64,000 nucleotides of DNA from Bacilli bacterium (GTDB lineage: Bacteria > Bacillota_I > Bacilli_A > RF39 > UBA660), in contig JAFRIJ010000002.1 in assembly GCA_017432825.1 (NCBI GenBank), positions 34,170 through 98,169 of the forward strand, given 5' to 3'. The notes under the pieces were generated by a model that was given only the letters and a program-made list of their open reading frames with translations, was not told the DNA's origin and made no database searches. How positions within the stretch are numbered: position 1 is the stretch's first letter; each line of letters starts with the position of its first letter. The translations under genes were made by a program, and so were the position numbers. This document shows, in pieces, positions 47,197 to 57,684 of this stretch.

Positions 47197-48633
47197 CTAT
47201 ATTAAAGTTGTTATTATAAGAACAACAAAAATTAATATAAACATATAAAGAATAAATCTCCAAATATATTTTAACCATTTTGAATAAGGAACTTCCAAAT
47301 AAGACAACGTTACAATTAGTAAAATACTAGTTGGTCCGCAAATTTGAAGAAGTCCATAAAAACTTTGAAATAAAACTGCATAAACATTTAAATTAGCATT
47401 ATCAGTTAAACTTGTAACAATTGGAGATACAACACCTGCTACAATATAGAATAAATCAACATTAATTATTGTACCAAAAATTGTAAGAAGTGAAGCCATA
47501 ATTACATTATCTCCAAAACTATCAGCAGACTTAGTAATTAAAGTTTCAATAAATCCATTATTATATGCTGCAACCAAAATAGAATAAGCAAGAATTAAAA
47601 CCATAATAGCAGGAACCATTTTCTTTACACCATAAATAAATCCTTTACTAAATTCACTAAATTTAACATGATAAAAACATTTTACTAATAATAGGAATAA
47701 AGTGATACATATGATAGCCATCATATAACTACCAATATCTCCCCATCTACCTAAAGCAGTAATATTTCTAGAAATTAAACTTGTATATACAACATAATTT
47801 CCAATTTTCAAACCAGTAAGCCAAGTATGGAATTTATCAAAGCAATCAAATCCAAACAAACTATTCCATGGCATAAATCCTAAAATTAATACCACTAATA
47901 GTAAACTACCTAAAACAACAATAGGCCATGACTTAACTTTTTCTTCTTTCTTACTACTATCTTTCTCTTCAACATAGAAGACATCTTTATTACTTACTTC
48001 CCCACTATTTCTAGTATTCTTAATACGCTTAACAATAAAGAATACCAATAAACCAGTACCCAAAACAAGTAATACTAATTTAGGAATAATATTATCCCAA
48101 AGTCCATTAAGACCTGCTACTTTATCAAAAGTAGTAAATGAAGATGCATATTGATTAGTTCCATCTCTAAATGATAAGAAAATACCACCAATAACACCAA
48201 CACAAGTAGCAACTACAGTAGAACTTAATGCAACAAACTTATCATATCCAAGTAGTAATATAATAGATATTACAAACGGAATAAATAAGAATGCTAATAA
48301 ATTAAATCCACCAACAGCAGTAAGCAACACAAATATAATTGTAGTAATTATAACAAATAAATCTTTTTTACCTTCTACCTTAGAAGCAATTTTATTTAAT
48401 AATTTTTTATATCCAGAAACTTTATTTAGTGCACCATATAATCCACCTACAGCAAAAATAAATAAAATTGTATCAAAGAAATAATAAAAAGATTGTACAT
48501 AGTTAATTACTAAATCTCCTAAAGCTACATAACTAATGCCACTTCTTCCTTCAACAAAATAGCTTAAAATTACAACCAACAATAATACAATTAAAAGTGG
48601 TGTAACAAAACCAAATTTCTTATTTTTCTTCAT
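47197..48633 (-). CDS. polytopic membrane transporter, YfcC/DcuC-like (family call tentative)
   Basis: 478 aa with about 11-12 TM spans and a central charged loop (KKEEKVKS). The layout resembles YfcC-family carriers. Confidence 0.5.
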   Translation of the reverse strand: MKKNKKFGFVTPLLIVLLLVVILSYFVEGRSGISYVALGDLVINYVQSFYYFFDTILFIFAVGGLYGALNKVSGYKKLLNKIASKVEGKKDLFVIITTIIFVLLTAVGGFNLLAFLFIPFVISIILLLGYDKFVALSSTVVATCVGVIGGIFLSFRDGTNQYASSFTTFDKVAGLNGLWDNIIPKLVLLVLGTGLLVFFIVKRIKNTRNSGEVSNKDVFYVEEKDSSKKEEKVKSWPIVVLGSLLLVVLILGFMPWNSLFGFDCFDKFHTWLTGLKIGNYVVYTSLISRNITALGRWGDIGSYMMAIICITLFLLLVKCFYHVKFSEFSKGFIYGVKKMVPAIMVLILAYSILVAAYNNGFIETLITKSADSFGDNVIMASLLTIFGTIINVDLFYIVAGVVSPIVTSLTDNANLNVYAVLFQSFYGLLQICGPTSILLIVTLSYLEVPYSKWLKYIWRFILYMFILIFVVLIITTLI

Positions 48634-48738
48634 AACTTACCTCCAAATTCATTATAGCACACTAAATATTAATTACTATATTTTTACCTATTTGTTTACT
48701 AAAAACACTAAAAAAGTACCAAATAATTAACTTTAAGT

Positions 48739-48764
48739 AAAAAAAAAGATAATTTTTATTATCT
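48739..48764 (-). terminator. rho-independent terminator of lysS
   Basis: Stem AGATAAT/ATTATCT (48747-48753 / 48758-48764) followed on the minus strand by a T-run of 8 or more. Confidence 0.55.
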
Positions 48765-48768
48765 TTTT

Positions 48769-50682
48769 TTAATATAACTTAGCACCTGCTGGAATACTAT
48801 CATCTAACATTAATAAATGTAAAGATTCCTCACCATCTTCATTATGAATAGCACTAAGTAACATACCTTCTGAATCAATTCCCATCATATTTCTAGGAGG
48901 CAAATTACAAATAGCAACACAAGTCTTACCAATTAATTCTTCTGGTTCATAATAAGCATGAATACCACTTAATATTATACGCTTATTAGAAGTTCCATCA
49001 TTTAAAACAAATTTTAATAACTTCTTAGATTTAGGAACTGCTTCACATTCTAACACCTTAACTACTCTAAAATCAGATTTAGAAAAAGTATCAAAATCTA
49101 CCATATCTTTAAATAATGGCTCTATAACAACATTAGAAAAATCTATTTTTTTAGTTTCTTCTTTTCTTAATACACTATGACTCTTATCTGTTGGTTTCAT
49201 TGTAGGAAATAATATAACATCTTGAATAGATTCTTGTTCCGTAAGTAACATAACAAATCTATCAATACCATACCCTATTCCACCAGCTGGAGGCATACCA
49301 TATTCAAGTGCTTCAATAAAATCCATATCTATATCATTAGCTTCTTCATTACCTAATTCTCTTTCTTTAAGCTGTTCTCTAAATCTATCTAATTGATCAA
49401 TAGGATCATTTAATTCCGTATATGCATTAGCAAATTCTTTACCACCAATAAATAATTCAAATCTATCCACAAATCTAGGATCATCAGGATTTTTCTTAGT
49501 AAGAGGACTTATCTCAATAGGATGTCCATATAAAAATGTAGGTTGAATTAAACTATCCTCAACATATTTTTCAAAAAACTTATTAATAATATGTCCATAA
49601 GATTTTTCATGTTCTTCTAAAACAATATCATGATCACTTGCTAATTTTAAACATTCATCCAAACTATCAATAGCCTTAAAATCTATACCAGTCTTCTCCC
49701 TAATAGACTCAGTCATACTAATCTTATTAAAAGGCTTAGATAAATCAATCTCATTACCATACCAATTAAATACACTTTTACCCATAGCTTTATTTGCTAC
49801 AAACTTAAACATTCTCTCAGTTTGATCCATCATACCTTCTAAATTAGAATATGCCTTATAAGCTTCCATTAAAGTAAATTCTGGATTATGTTTAGGATCC
49901 ATACCCTCATTTCTAAAAGTTCTACCTATCTCATAAACAGATTCCATTCCACCAACTAAAAGTCTCTTTAATGGAAGTTCTAGCGCAATTCTCAAATACA
50001 TATCAATATCTAATGTATTATGATGAGTAATAAAAGGTCTAGCACTAGCTCCCGTAAGTAAATTAGTTAAAATAGGAGTCTCTACTTCAACATAGCCTTC
50101 ATTATCCATAAATTCTTGAATAGCCCTAATAATTTTAGGTCTAACAAAAGCAATTTTTTTTGCTTCTTCATTACATATTAAATCAAGATATCTCTTTCTT
50201 AACCTATCTTCTATATTAGTAAGTCCATGAAATTTTTCTGGTAAAACTCTTAAAGATTTAACTAAATGAGTATATTCTAAACATTTAACAGTCATTTCTC
50301 CAGTCTTAGTTTTCATAACCTTACCAGTTACACCAACTATATCTCCAATATCAGCACTCTTAAATAAATTATAAATATCTTCTCCTACATCATTAATAGA
50401 TATATAAACTTGCATTTTTCCCATCTTATCTTGAATACTAAAGAAAGATGCCTTACCCATTTTTCTAATAAACATAATCCTACCAGCAATAGTAACCATA
50501 ATATCTTTCTCTTCTAATTCATCATGAGAAATATCACCATATAATTCTCTAATTTCAGAAGATAAATGAGTTCTATTAAAAACATGGCCAAAAGGATCTA
50601 TTCCCATTTCTTTAATCTTATTAGCTTTATCTCTTCTTACTAATTCTTGATCAGTTCTTACAACATCATCCATATCTTTCAC
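48769..50682 (-). CDS. lysS: lysine--tRNA ligase (class II) fused to a C-terminal Trbp111/EMAPII-like tRNA-binding domain
   Basis: 637 aa. OB anticodon domain and class II motifs (RTFRNEGMD, GGIGYGIDRFVMLL). An extra roughly 140 aa carries FRVVKVLECEAVPKSKKLLKFVLNDG...GKTCVAICNLPPRNMMGIDSEGMLLSA. Confidence 0.9.
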   Translation of the reverse strand: MKDMDDVVRTDQELVRRDKANKIKEMGIDPFGHVFNRTHLSSEIRELYGDISHDELEEKDIMVTIAGRIMFIRKMGKASFFSIQDKMGKMQVYISINDVGEDIYNLFKSADIGDIVGVTGKVMKTKTGEMTVKCLEYTHLVKSLRVLPEKFHGLTNIEDRLRKRYLDLICNEEAKKIAFVRPKIIRAIQEFMDNEGYVEVETPILTNLLTGASARPFITHHNTLDIDMYLRIALELPLKRLLVGGMESVYEIGRTFRNEGMDPKHNPEFTLMEAYKAYSNLEGMMDQTERMFKFVANKAMGKSVFNWYGNEIDLSKPFNKISMTESIREKTGIDFKAIDSLDECLKLASDHDIVLEEHEKSYGHIINKFFEKYVEDSLIQPTFLYGHPIEISPLTKKNPDDPRFVDRFELFIGGKEFANAYTELNDPIDQLDRFREQLKERELGNEEANDIDMDFIEALEYGMPPAGGIGYGIDRFVMLLTEQESIQDVILFPTMKPTDKSHSVLRKEETKKIDFSNVVIEPLFKDMVDFDTFSKSDFRVVKVLECEAVPKSKKLLKFVLNDGTSNKRIILSGIHAYYEPEELIGKTCVAICNLPPRNMMGIDSEGMLLSAIHNEDGEESLHLLMLDDSIPAGAKLY

Positions 50683-50686
50683 CTTC

Positions 50687-51277
50687 CTATTTACTCTCTA
50701 TAACAATACATCCACTCATTATATCATTTAGAGCTAATTTATCTTTTCTATTTTTTATCATAAATAAAGATATAATCATAAATAAAAAACAACTAAAATT
50801 AATTAATCCACTTAATATTAAATAATTAAATCCCTTAGTTATATATAACAATATTAAACAAAACACTATAGGTATTATCTCATAAATAACACCTGAATGA
50901 ATAAATAATTTAAATATATTAGCACTACTATTATCTTTAGAAACAATTCTAATACCCATAATCTTCTTACCAATAGATGCTCCATTATTTAAATATTGAA
51001 ACAAAACAAAATATCCAACACAAATAACAACATATAAAGTATTACTAACCATATTAGCTTTACTCATATCATATCCTATAGAAGAAACCCTATCAACATA
51101 TTCTGAATTACTTATTTCTTCATTTATATAACTAGACATAACATCATTTAATTCCTTATTCAAGTTATCTATCTTAGAAGAATTATATCCAGAAGATATA
51201 ATTGATACAAATAAACTAACAATTAGAATATCTATAGCAAACGCTATAAATCTCTTTCTTAATCCAGCATGTTTCAT
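50687..51277 (-). CDS. RDD-family membrane protein
   Basis: 196 aa. N-terminal AGLRKRFIAFAIDILIV and a later GASIGKKIMGIRIV fit the RDD domain. Confidence 0.7.
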   Translation of the reverse strand: MKHAGLRKRFIAFAIDILIVSLFVSIISSGYNSSKIDNLNKELNDVMSSYINEEISNSEYVDRVSSIGYDMSKANMVSNTLYVVICVGYFVLFQYLNNGASIGKKIMGIRIVSKDNSSANIFKLFIHSGVIYEIIPIVFCLILLYITKGFNYLILSGLINFSCFLFMIISLFMIKNRKDKLALNDIMSGCIVIESK

Positions 51278-51305
51278 AAAATCACATCCACAAAAATATT
51301 ATACA

Positions 51306-52280
51306 CTAACTAGTTAATTTATTCAAATAATTTTTTAATATATTCCTTACCTCTAAAGCAGTAGTAGCTTTAAATATTTCATTCTTAACTATAATACAAT
51401 TAGGTAGCCCCTTAATATACCAAGCAATATGACTTCTCATTTCTAAAACAGCCACTTTCTCTGGTTTAATCTTTAATAAATAATCTAAATGATGAAAACA
51501 CATATTAATTCTATCTTCATAACTTACTTCTTCGTCTATAACACCATTTTCAAAATAATTAACTAACTTATGAATAAGCCAAGGATTTCCTAAACAACCT
51601 CTACCTATCATAATAGCATCTACACCAGTATCAAACATCTTCTTAGCACTATCTATATCTACAATATCACCATTACCTATAACAGGAATACTAACACTTT
51701 CTTTTACTTTCTTAATAATATCATAATTAACCTTACCACTATATCCCTGACTTCTAGTTCTTCCATGAATTACTATAGCACTAGCACCAGCTTTTTCACA
51801 TATCTTAGCAACTTCTACTGCGTTAATATTCTTATCATCCCACCCACTTCTCATCTTAACAGTAACAGGAATAGGAACTGTATCTACTACCGCCTTAACA
51901 ATATCAAATATTTTTGAAGGATTCTTTAAAAGAGCAGAACCTGCTTGTGATTTTATAGCAACCTTAGGAACAGGACACCCCATATTAATATCAATAATAT
52001 CAGGTTTCATAGTTTCATACACATACTTACTAGCTTCAACAAAAGTATCTTTATCACTACCAAATATCTGCTGAGCAATAGGTCTCTCAACACTTTCCAT
52101 ATATAACATATCTTTAGTTTTTTTACTATTATAGACTAAAGCCTTATCACTAACCATTTCTGAATATATAAGTCCTACTCCCATCTCTTTAATAATTTTT
52201 CTAAATGCACTATTACATATTCCAGCCATAGGAGCTAAAACAATATTATTCTTAATTTCTACATTCCCTATTTTAAACAT
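51306..52280 (-). CDS. dus: tRNA-dihydrouridine synthase
   Basis: LAPMAGICNSAFR, DINMGCP and VIHGRTRSQ motifs. Upstream of lysS, as in Bacillus. Confidence 0.93.
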   Translation of the reverse strand: MFKIGNVEIKNNIVLAPMAGICNSAFRKIIKEMGVGLIYSEMVSDKALVYNSKKTKDMLYMESVERPIAQQIFGSDKDTFVEASKYVYETMKPDIIDINMGCPVPKVAIKSQAGSALLKNPSKIFDIVKAVVDTVPIPVTVKMRSGWDDKNINAVEVAKICEKAGASAIVIHGRTRSQGYSGKVNYDIIKKVKESVSIPVIGNGDIVDIDSAKKMFDTGVDAIMIGRGCLGNPWLIHKLVNYFENGVIDEEVSYEDRINMCFHHLDYLLKIKPEKVAVLEMRSHIAWYIKGLPNCIIVKNEIFKATTALEVRNILKNYLNKLTS

Positions 52281-52342
52281 AATACCACCAACAAAAGTAT
52301 TTTATCATATATTTAGCAAAATAAAAAGCACGTAATAACGTA

Positions 52343-52855
52343 CTATAATTTCTTTATACTATCATCAATCCTACGAACTCTTTGATAACTATTATTATTA
52401 ACTATTCCCCAACTATCAACATTATCATTATTTCGATCAAAAAACATAGGATATCCACCCATTAAATACCATTCATCTAAATTTTTAATACTATCATCAA
52501 TCAATATATCATTAAAATTAGGCCTAACTACTTGTGTCTTATTAGCAGGATAAGGAACTAGAATAACATTTTGTTTAACACTATTATTTCTTAAATAAAA
52601 CACTTTTTCATACCCCTCTTCTAAAGAATGAATCTTAGTTAATATAGCAGATTTATTAACATCCATATTTTTTAATTTATAAATAGAATCATTAATAACA
52701 GGAGAATTATTAATTATCTCTCTCCAATCACTATTCTTAATATATATAACTTTATCTTCATCAGGTAAAAAATGATGGTTAGGATTCTTCCTCCATTCAT
52801 GAAAAAGCAATTCTTCAGTATCTAATATAACTCCATCAAAATCAATATACCTCAT
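52343..52855 (-). CDS. HAD-superfamily hydrolase (NT5C/5'(3')-deoxyribonucleotidase-like)
   Basis: 170 aa. Motif I IDFDGVILDT and a late ILIDDS motif. Confidence 0.5.
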   Translation of the reverse strand: MRYIDFDGVILDTEELLFHEWRKNPNHHFLPDEDKVIYIKNSDWREIINNSPVINDSIYKLKNMDVNKSAILTKIHSLEEGYEKVFYLRNNSVKQNVILVPYPANKTQVVRPNFNDILIDDSIKNLDEWYLMGGYPMFFDRNNDNVDSWGIVNNNSYQRVRRIDDSIKKL

Positions 52856-52922
52856 ACAAAACCTCCAAAATAATATAGTATATTATATCATACTATACAA
52901 AAAAAGAAAGAAAAAATTCTTT

Positions 52923-53252
52923 CTATTTAAAACAACAACAAGATCCACATTGAACATTTGTACAAGTATTCTCTTCGCAACAAGTATATCTAGGTTGATA
53001 AGTATGTTTATAAACATGATTATTTATTATTCTAGTATTAATAGGACATATATGTGGAACTTCATGAACAAAAGTTCTATTAACTACTCTTTCTCTACCA
53101 GGCTCTACTACAGGACTCATAACATCTCCCATAGACATACTTCCCATTTGATAATTATAATTCATGTTTTCATTCATATTAGTATTAACATTTTGATTAG
53201 TATTAGTAATATTAATATCTACATCCTCTTGTCTAAAACCATTATTAAACAT
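52923..53252 (-). CDS. CotD-like small Cys-rich protein
   Basis: 109 aa. VHEVPHICPINTRIINNHVYKHTYQP resembles the spore-coat CotD repeat. The C-terminus is CCEENTCTNVQCGSCCCFK. Confidence 0.5.
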   Translation of the reverse strand: MFNNGFRQEDVDINITNTNQNVNTNMNENMNYNYQMGSMSMGDVMSPVVEPGRERVVNRTFVHEVPHICPINTRIINNHVYKHTYQPRYTCCEENTCTNVQCGSCCCFK

Positions 53253-53328
53253 TTATAATACCTCCTATCTATCTTATAATATGAGATTATAGAAGATATA
53301 CCCATTATAAATATCATAGATAATATAA

Positions 53329-54279
53329 TTAAATTACAAAAACCAATAAATAATAAACAGCAAAAACCAAAAGCATTAAAGCTCCCTCTAATCTAGTAAT
53401 AGTTCTCCTAGATTCAGAAAAAATAAATAATAAGAAAGCAGAACCAATTAACATTATCAAATCAACATAATTAAAACTAGATGGAGTAATAGTACCATAT
53501 AACGCTACTGGAATACCTAAAACTACACAAGCATTAAAAATATTACTACCAATTATATTACCAAGAAGTAAATCCTGTTCTCCTTTTCTAGAAGAAACAA
53601 TAGTAGTAACTAACTCAGGTAAAGACGTACCAAATGCTATAATAGTAAGTGCTATAACTCTTTCACTTAATCCCAATGCTTTAGCAATAGAAGAAGCATT
53701 ATTTACAACTAAATTACTACCTAATATTATTCCACCTAAACCAATTAATACAAACAATAAAGATTTTTCTAATTTAAATTTAGGTTCCTCGTCATCTTCT
53801 TTTTTCTTTTGTCTAGCTAAACTAATTAAATAATATAAGAATATTGTAAAAAACAATATAATAACTATAGCATCAGATCTAGTAATCTGATTAACAAGAC
53901 CATTAGCTAACCTAATATCCAAAAACAATACTACTAATAAAGTAGAAATTAACAAACATAAAGGTAATTCTTTCTTAACAGTATTATCCTTTATCTTAAT
54001 AGGATGAATTATAGCAGCAACGCCCAATATTAATAATATATTTAAAATATTACTACCAATAACATTACCAAGAAGCATATCAGTACTTCCTTTAGCTAAA
54101 GATTGCATAGATACAGCAAATTCAGGAGCACTTGTACCAAATGCAATAATAGTTAATCCAATAAGCATCTTAGAAACCTTAAAATTCTGAGCTGTAGAAC
54201 TAGCCCCATCAACAAAAAAATCAGCACCCTTAATTAACAACACAAAACCAACAACTAACAATAAAATATTAATAAACAT
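53329..54279 (-). CDS. CaCA-family cation/Ca2+ exchanger (YrbG-like)
   Basis: 316 aa with two alpha-repeats, GTSAPEFAVS...GNVIGSNILN and GTSLPELVTT...GNIIGSNIFN. Confidence 0.88.
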   Translation of the reverse strand: MFINILLLVVGFVLLIKGADFFVDGASSTAQNFKVSKMLIGLTIIAFGTSAPEFAVSMQSLAKGSTDMLLGNVIGSNILNILLILGVAAIIHPIKIKDNTVKKELPLCLLISTLLVVLFLDIRLANGLVNQITRSDAIVIILFFTIFLYYLISLARQKKKEDDEEPKFKLEKSLLFVLIGLGGIILGSNLVVNNASSIAKALGLSERVIALTIIAFGTSLPELVTTIVSSRKGEQDLLLGNIIGSNIFNACVVLGIPVALYGTITPSSFNYVDLIMLIGSAFLLFIFSESRRTITRLEGALMLLVFAVYYLLVFVI

Positions 54280-54281
54280 AA

Positions 54282-55559
54282 TTAATCTCCTTTAGAAGTA
54301 GCTCTTCTACTACTATTATAAATATTTTTACTTATAACACTACTATTCTTTCTGTTTATTTCTCTATCAAAATAACTATAATAAGTACCAGGAGTAACAA
54401 TTCCATTTAAAGATAAAATATCCATACCACTTTTACCCAATATATCATCAACTAAATAACAACAATTACTTCCAAGAACAAAATAGGTTTTATACTTACC
54501 ACCCTTAAACTTATAAAATTTAGCTTTAGTCTTTTTATACAACTTAGAAGCATAACTTTCACCATTATTATATAATTTATCATCTTTATAGTTCCAACTA
54601 TAAACGTTACCCATTAGTTCTTTAATTCTACTATTAACCTTATCCTTCTGTTCCTCCGTTAACTTAATACCAAATACAAACATAGTCTTTTTACTATTAT
54701 CTATACAAAAATTAATATACTTATTTATATCATTACATAAAAATAACACTCCATCTCCTAAAGCCTTTTTCAATATTCTAGAACCTTCATCGTAATTTCC
54801 ATAAGAATAAACAATCCCCTCATAACAAATATCTAAATGCCCCATCTTATTAACACCATTATTAGAAGTATGTATTATTACTTCAATATCAGGATTATCT
54901 TCATTACCAATAAAATAATTATATTCTTGCTTTACTTCTAACACCTTATTAATATCTTTCATAACAGAATAAGGAATAAAAGATTCTAATAATTTAGGTA
55001 AAGTAATTCTAATCCTTCTTTTTAATTTATTCTTAGTTTTAATAGGAATAATATTAATAATAAAATCAATAATACCATTAAAACCTAATAATATTAAATA
55101 AATAGATAAACATATAATAAATGTCCTACTATTATATATAGGTCTTATCATAATAGGTATTGCTATAACTAAATATATAATAAAATTAAATAAAAATCCA
55201 AACTTATGATTACTCTTATTAATTAAAAATAAAATATACATAATTAAATTAGAAATACTAATGAGAATTAAATACAAAGAAAACATAAAAGGAATAATTC
55301 CCAAAGGAATATTAGGTATTATTACAAACACCAAAGATACACCCAAATTAAATAAACAACTAACTAAAGATCTATTATCATCTTTCTTAGTTATAAATCT
55401 TAAAAGATTAAATAACGATATAATTAAAAATACATATACCAACAATTTAACAATATCATTATATAACCTATCCATTCCCATTAAGATAATAATTCCTAAT
55501 ATAATAAAAATACATCCCATCAATAATGATGAATAATAACTATATTTCTTATTACTCAT
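54282..55559 (-). CDS. membrane protein with a C-terminal LRAT/permuted-NlpC-P60-like domain
   Basis: The N-terminal half has about 6 TM spans. The C-terminal domain has His before Cys (MGHLDICYEGIVYSYG ... GSNCCYLVDDIL), as in the LRAT NCEHF motif. The start is uncertain: ATG 55559 or TTG 55583. Confidence 0.5.
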   Translation of the reverse strand: MSNKKYSYYSSLLMGCIFIILGIIILMGMDRLYNDIVKLLVYVFLIISLFNLLRFITKKDDNRSLVSCLFNLGVSLVFVIIPNIPLGIIPFMFSLYLILISISNLIMYILFLINKSNHKFGFLFNFIIYLVIAIPIMIRPIYNSRTFIICLSIYLILLGFNGIIDFIINIIPIKTKNKLKRRIRITLPKLLESFIPYSVMKDINKVLEVKQEYNYFIGNEDNPDIEVIIHTSNNGVNKMGHLDICYEGIVYSYGNYDEGSRILKKALGDGVLFLCNDINKYINFCIDNSKKTMFVFGIKLTEEQKDKVNSRIKELMGNVYSWNYKDDKLYNNGESYASKLYKKTKAKFYKFKGGKYKTYFVLGSNCCYLVDDILGKSGMDILSLNGIVTPGTYYSYFDREINRKNSSVISKNIYNSSRRATSKGD

Positions 55560-55566
55560 AAACACC

Positions 55567-57279
55567 TCAATCAATAATACCAATATTTTTCATCAAATAT
55601 TTAGCATTAGTACTAACACATTTACCTTCTCTAATTTTATAATCAAAATTTATACTATTTCCTTCATAATATTCCCTAAAATAATAATTATTTATATTTT
55701 TAACATCACACAATTCAAAATCATGAGTAGTAACAAATACAATAGTCTTATTATCATTAAGTTTATTAATAACACTCTTAGCTCCATATATTCTATCATT
55801 ATAATTAGTTCCCTTAAATATCTCATCTATTAATACTAATCTATTACCACTATTATATTTAATAGCTTCTTTAATCCTTAATAGCTCACCATAAAAAGTT
55901 GAAATACCTCTACTAATATCATCATTAACGATAATAGAACTAAATATATTAAAATAACTACTATTAAATTCAGACGCGCAAACAAAAGTACCAGCATTCA
56001 TTAAAACAATATTAATTCCTACAGACCTAATAAAAGTAGTTTTACCTCCCATATTAGATCCAGTAATAATATTTACACCAGCTTTACAATTAAAATCATT
56101 ACCAATACAATTACTAATAAGAGGATGTTTCATATCCTTAAAACTAATACTAACATTATCATTTATATTAGGTATACACACATCATCATTAACTATACCA
56201 ACACTAGCCAAACTAATAAACATTTCCAAATCTTCAATACTATTTATACCACTCTTTAATTTATCTACCTCATTAATTTGATAGTTAGAATATAGATACA
56301 TAGTAATAATATTAACACTAAATAAACCATTAAAAATAAAACTAGATAAAATATTATTCTTTAAATTATTTAAATTATCTATAAACTCTATTTTCTTAAT
56401 AACATCATAACTATTACTAATATTATTAAATATCTTAATCATATTACTAGATTTAAAACTATTACTAAGAATAGAATTATATACATCTTTTAATCCTCCA
56501 TATAAAGAACTAACATTAGTAATATTATTAAATTCGTTTATGTATATATAAGAATACATATAATTAATTAAAAAATTAAATATAAACATTCCATAAAAAT
56601 AATTAATACTAATTATCTTAAAATATCCTAATACCAACAATAATAAACATATAAAAGAAAATAACATCCCAATTACCAAATCAATATTTCTATTACTTTC
56701 TTTATTATCAAAACATTTAAATCCATCTGATAAATTAATATTCTTACCCCTAAAATCATATATTTTTACTTGAAAATCTATATCAAAAATTATATTATCT
56801 CTTAACTCTTTAACAGTATTATAACTATCTTCTAACATTTTTCTATTATACTTATTGTTAGACAACCTCTTTATAAGCTTTTTCCTAGCACCTATCGTTT
56901 TACATATAGATATATATTGAAACAAACTATTATCACCAACAATATTTAAATCATTAAATAAATCAGTATTAAATTCTTTCCCATTATCAATAAAATTCTT
57001 CCAAGAACCATCAATTCTATCTTTATATTCATCAAGAATACTAAGATATTTCTTATAATAATCTAACTTTTTATACAAACTATCATGAATAAATATAAGT
57101 ATAATAAAAACAATAAATAAAAAAATACCGCTATAAAAAAAAGTTTTATAACTACTACTTATAAAAAAAGAAAATACCATCAGCATAAAGACAATTAATC
57201 TAATTATAGATACAATATTAACTTTTTTACTATATATATTATATAATTTTAAATATTTATCATAATTAAATTTATTCAT
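55567..57279 (-). CDS. membrane-associated MutS-family (domain V ATPase) protein
   Basis: 570 aa with several N-terminal and central TM spans. Walker A GSNMGGKTTFIRSVG, Walker B LVLIDEIFKGTN and TTHD. No mismatch-binding domain. Confidence 0.75.
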   Translation of the reverse strand: MNKFNYDKYLKLYNIYSKKVNIVSIIRLIVFMLMVFSFFISSSYKTFFYSGIFLFIVFIILIFIHDSLYKKLDYYKKYLSILDEYKDRIDGSWKNFIDNGKEFNTDLFNDLNIVGDNSLFQYISICKTIGARKKLIKRLSNNKYNRKMLEDSYNTVKELRDNIIFDIDFQVKIYDFRGKNINLSDGFKCFDNKESNRNIDLVIGMLFSFICLLLLVLGYFKIISINYFYGMFIFNFLINYMYSYIYINEFNNITNVSSLYGGLKDVYNSILSNSFKSSNMIKIFNNISNSYDVIKKIEFIDNLNNLKNNILSSFIFNGLFSVNIITMYLYSNYQINEVDKLKSGINSIEDLEMFISLASVGIVNDDVCIPNINDNVSISFKDMKHPLISNCIGNDFNCKAGVNIITGSNMGGKTTFIRSVGINIVLMNAGTFVCASEFNSSYFNIFSSIIVNDDISRGISTFYGELLRIKEAIKYNSGNRLVLIDEIFKGTNYNDRIYGAKSVINKLNDNKTIVFVTTHDFELCDVKNINNYYFREYYEGNSINFDYKIREGKCVSTNAKYLMKNIGIID

Positions 57280-57337
57280 AACAATCCTCCTTATAAAATT
57301 ATATCATAAATAAAAAAAATAACAAAGCATAGTATTC

Positions 57338-57628
57338 CTACTTCCTTATTATTTTTTTATATTCCAAATATCCCCCATCAACACTAATTATATTATATCC
57401 TAATTTATTAAGTCTTTTTGCTAGTTCACTACTCTTTTCACCAAAATCACAATAAAAATAATATTTATTATTCTTATCTAAATAATGACTATAATTATTT
57501 AACAAATTATAATAAGGAATATTTATAGCACCAGCAATATGATCAATATTATAATAATAAATATTTCTAATATCTACAATAATAGGATTCTCTAAATAAA
57601 GTAAATCATCCACACTTATAGTATACAT
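57338..57628 (-). CDS. rhodanese-domain protein
   Basis: 96 aa. DIRNIYYYNIDHIAGAINIP and active-site loop FYCDFGEKSS. Confidence 0.75.
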   Translation of the reverse strand: MYTISVDDLLYLENPIIVDIRNIYYYNIDHIAGAINIPYYNLLNNYSHYLDKNNKYYFYCDFGEKSSELAKRLNKLGYNIISVDGGYLEYKKIIRK

Positions 57629-57684
57629 AGAACCACCCCTACTTTAATATATTAACTATATAAAATAAGGAATGTATAATAAAC

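Noticed and set aside
50683-50686. T-box leader upstream of lysS.
   Set aside because: Only 4 nt separate lysS from the upstream RDD-family gene, so there is no room for a leader RNA.
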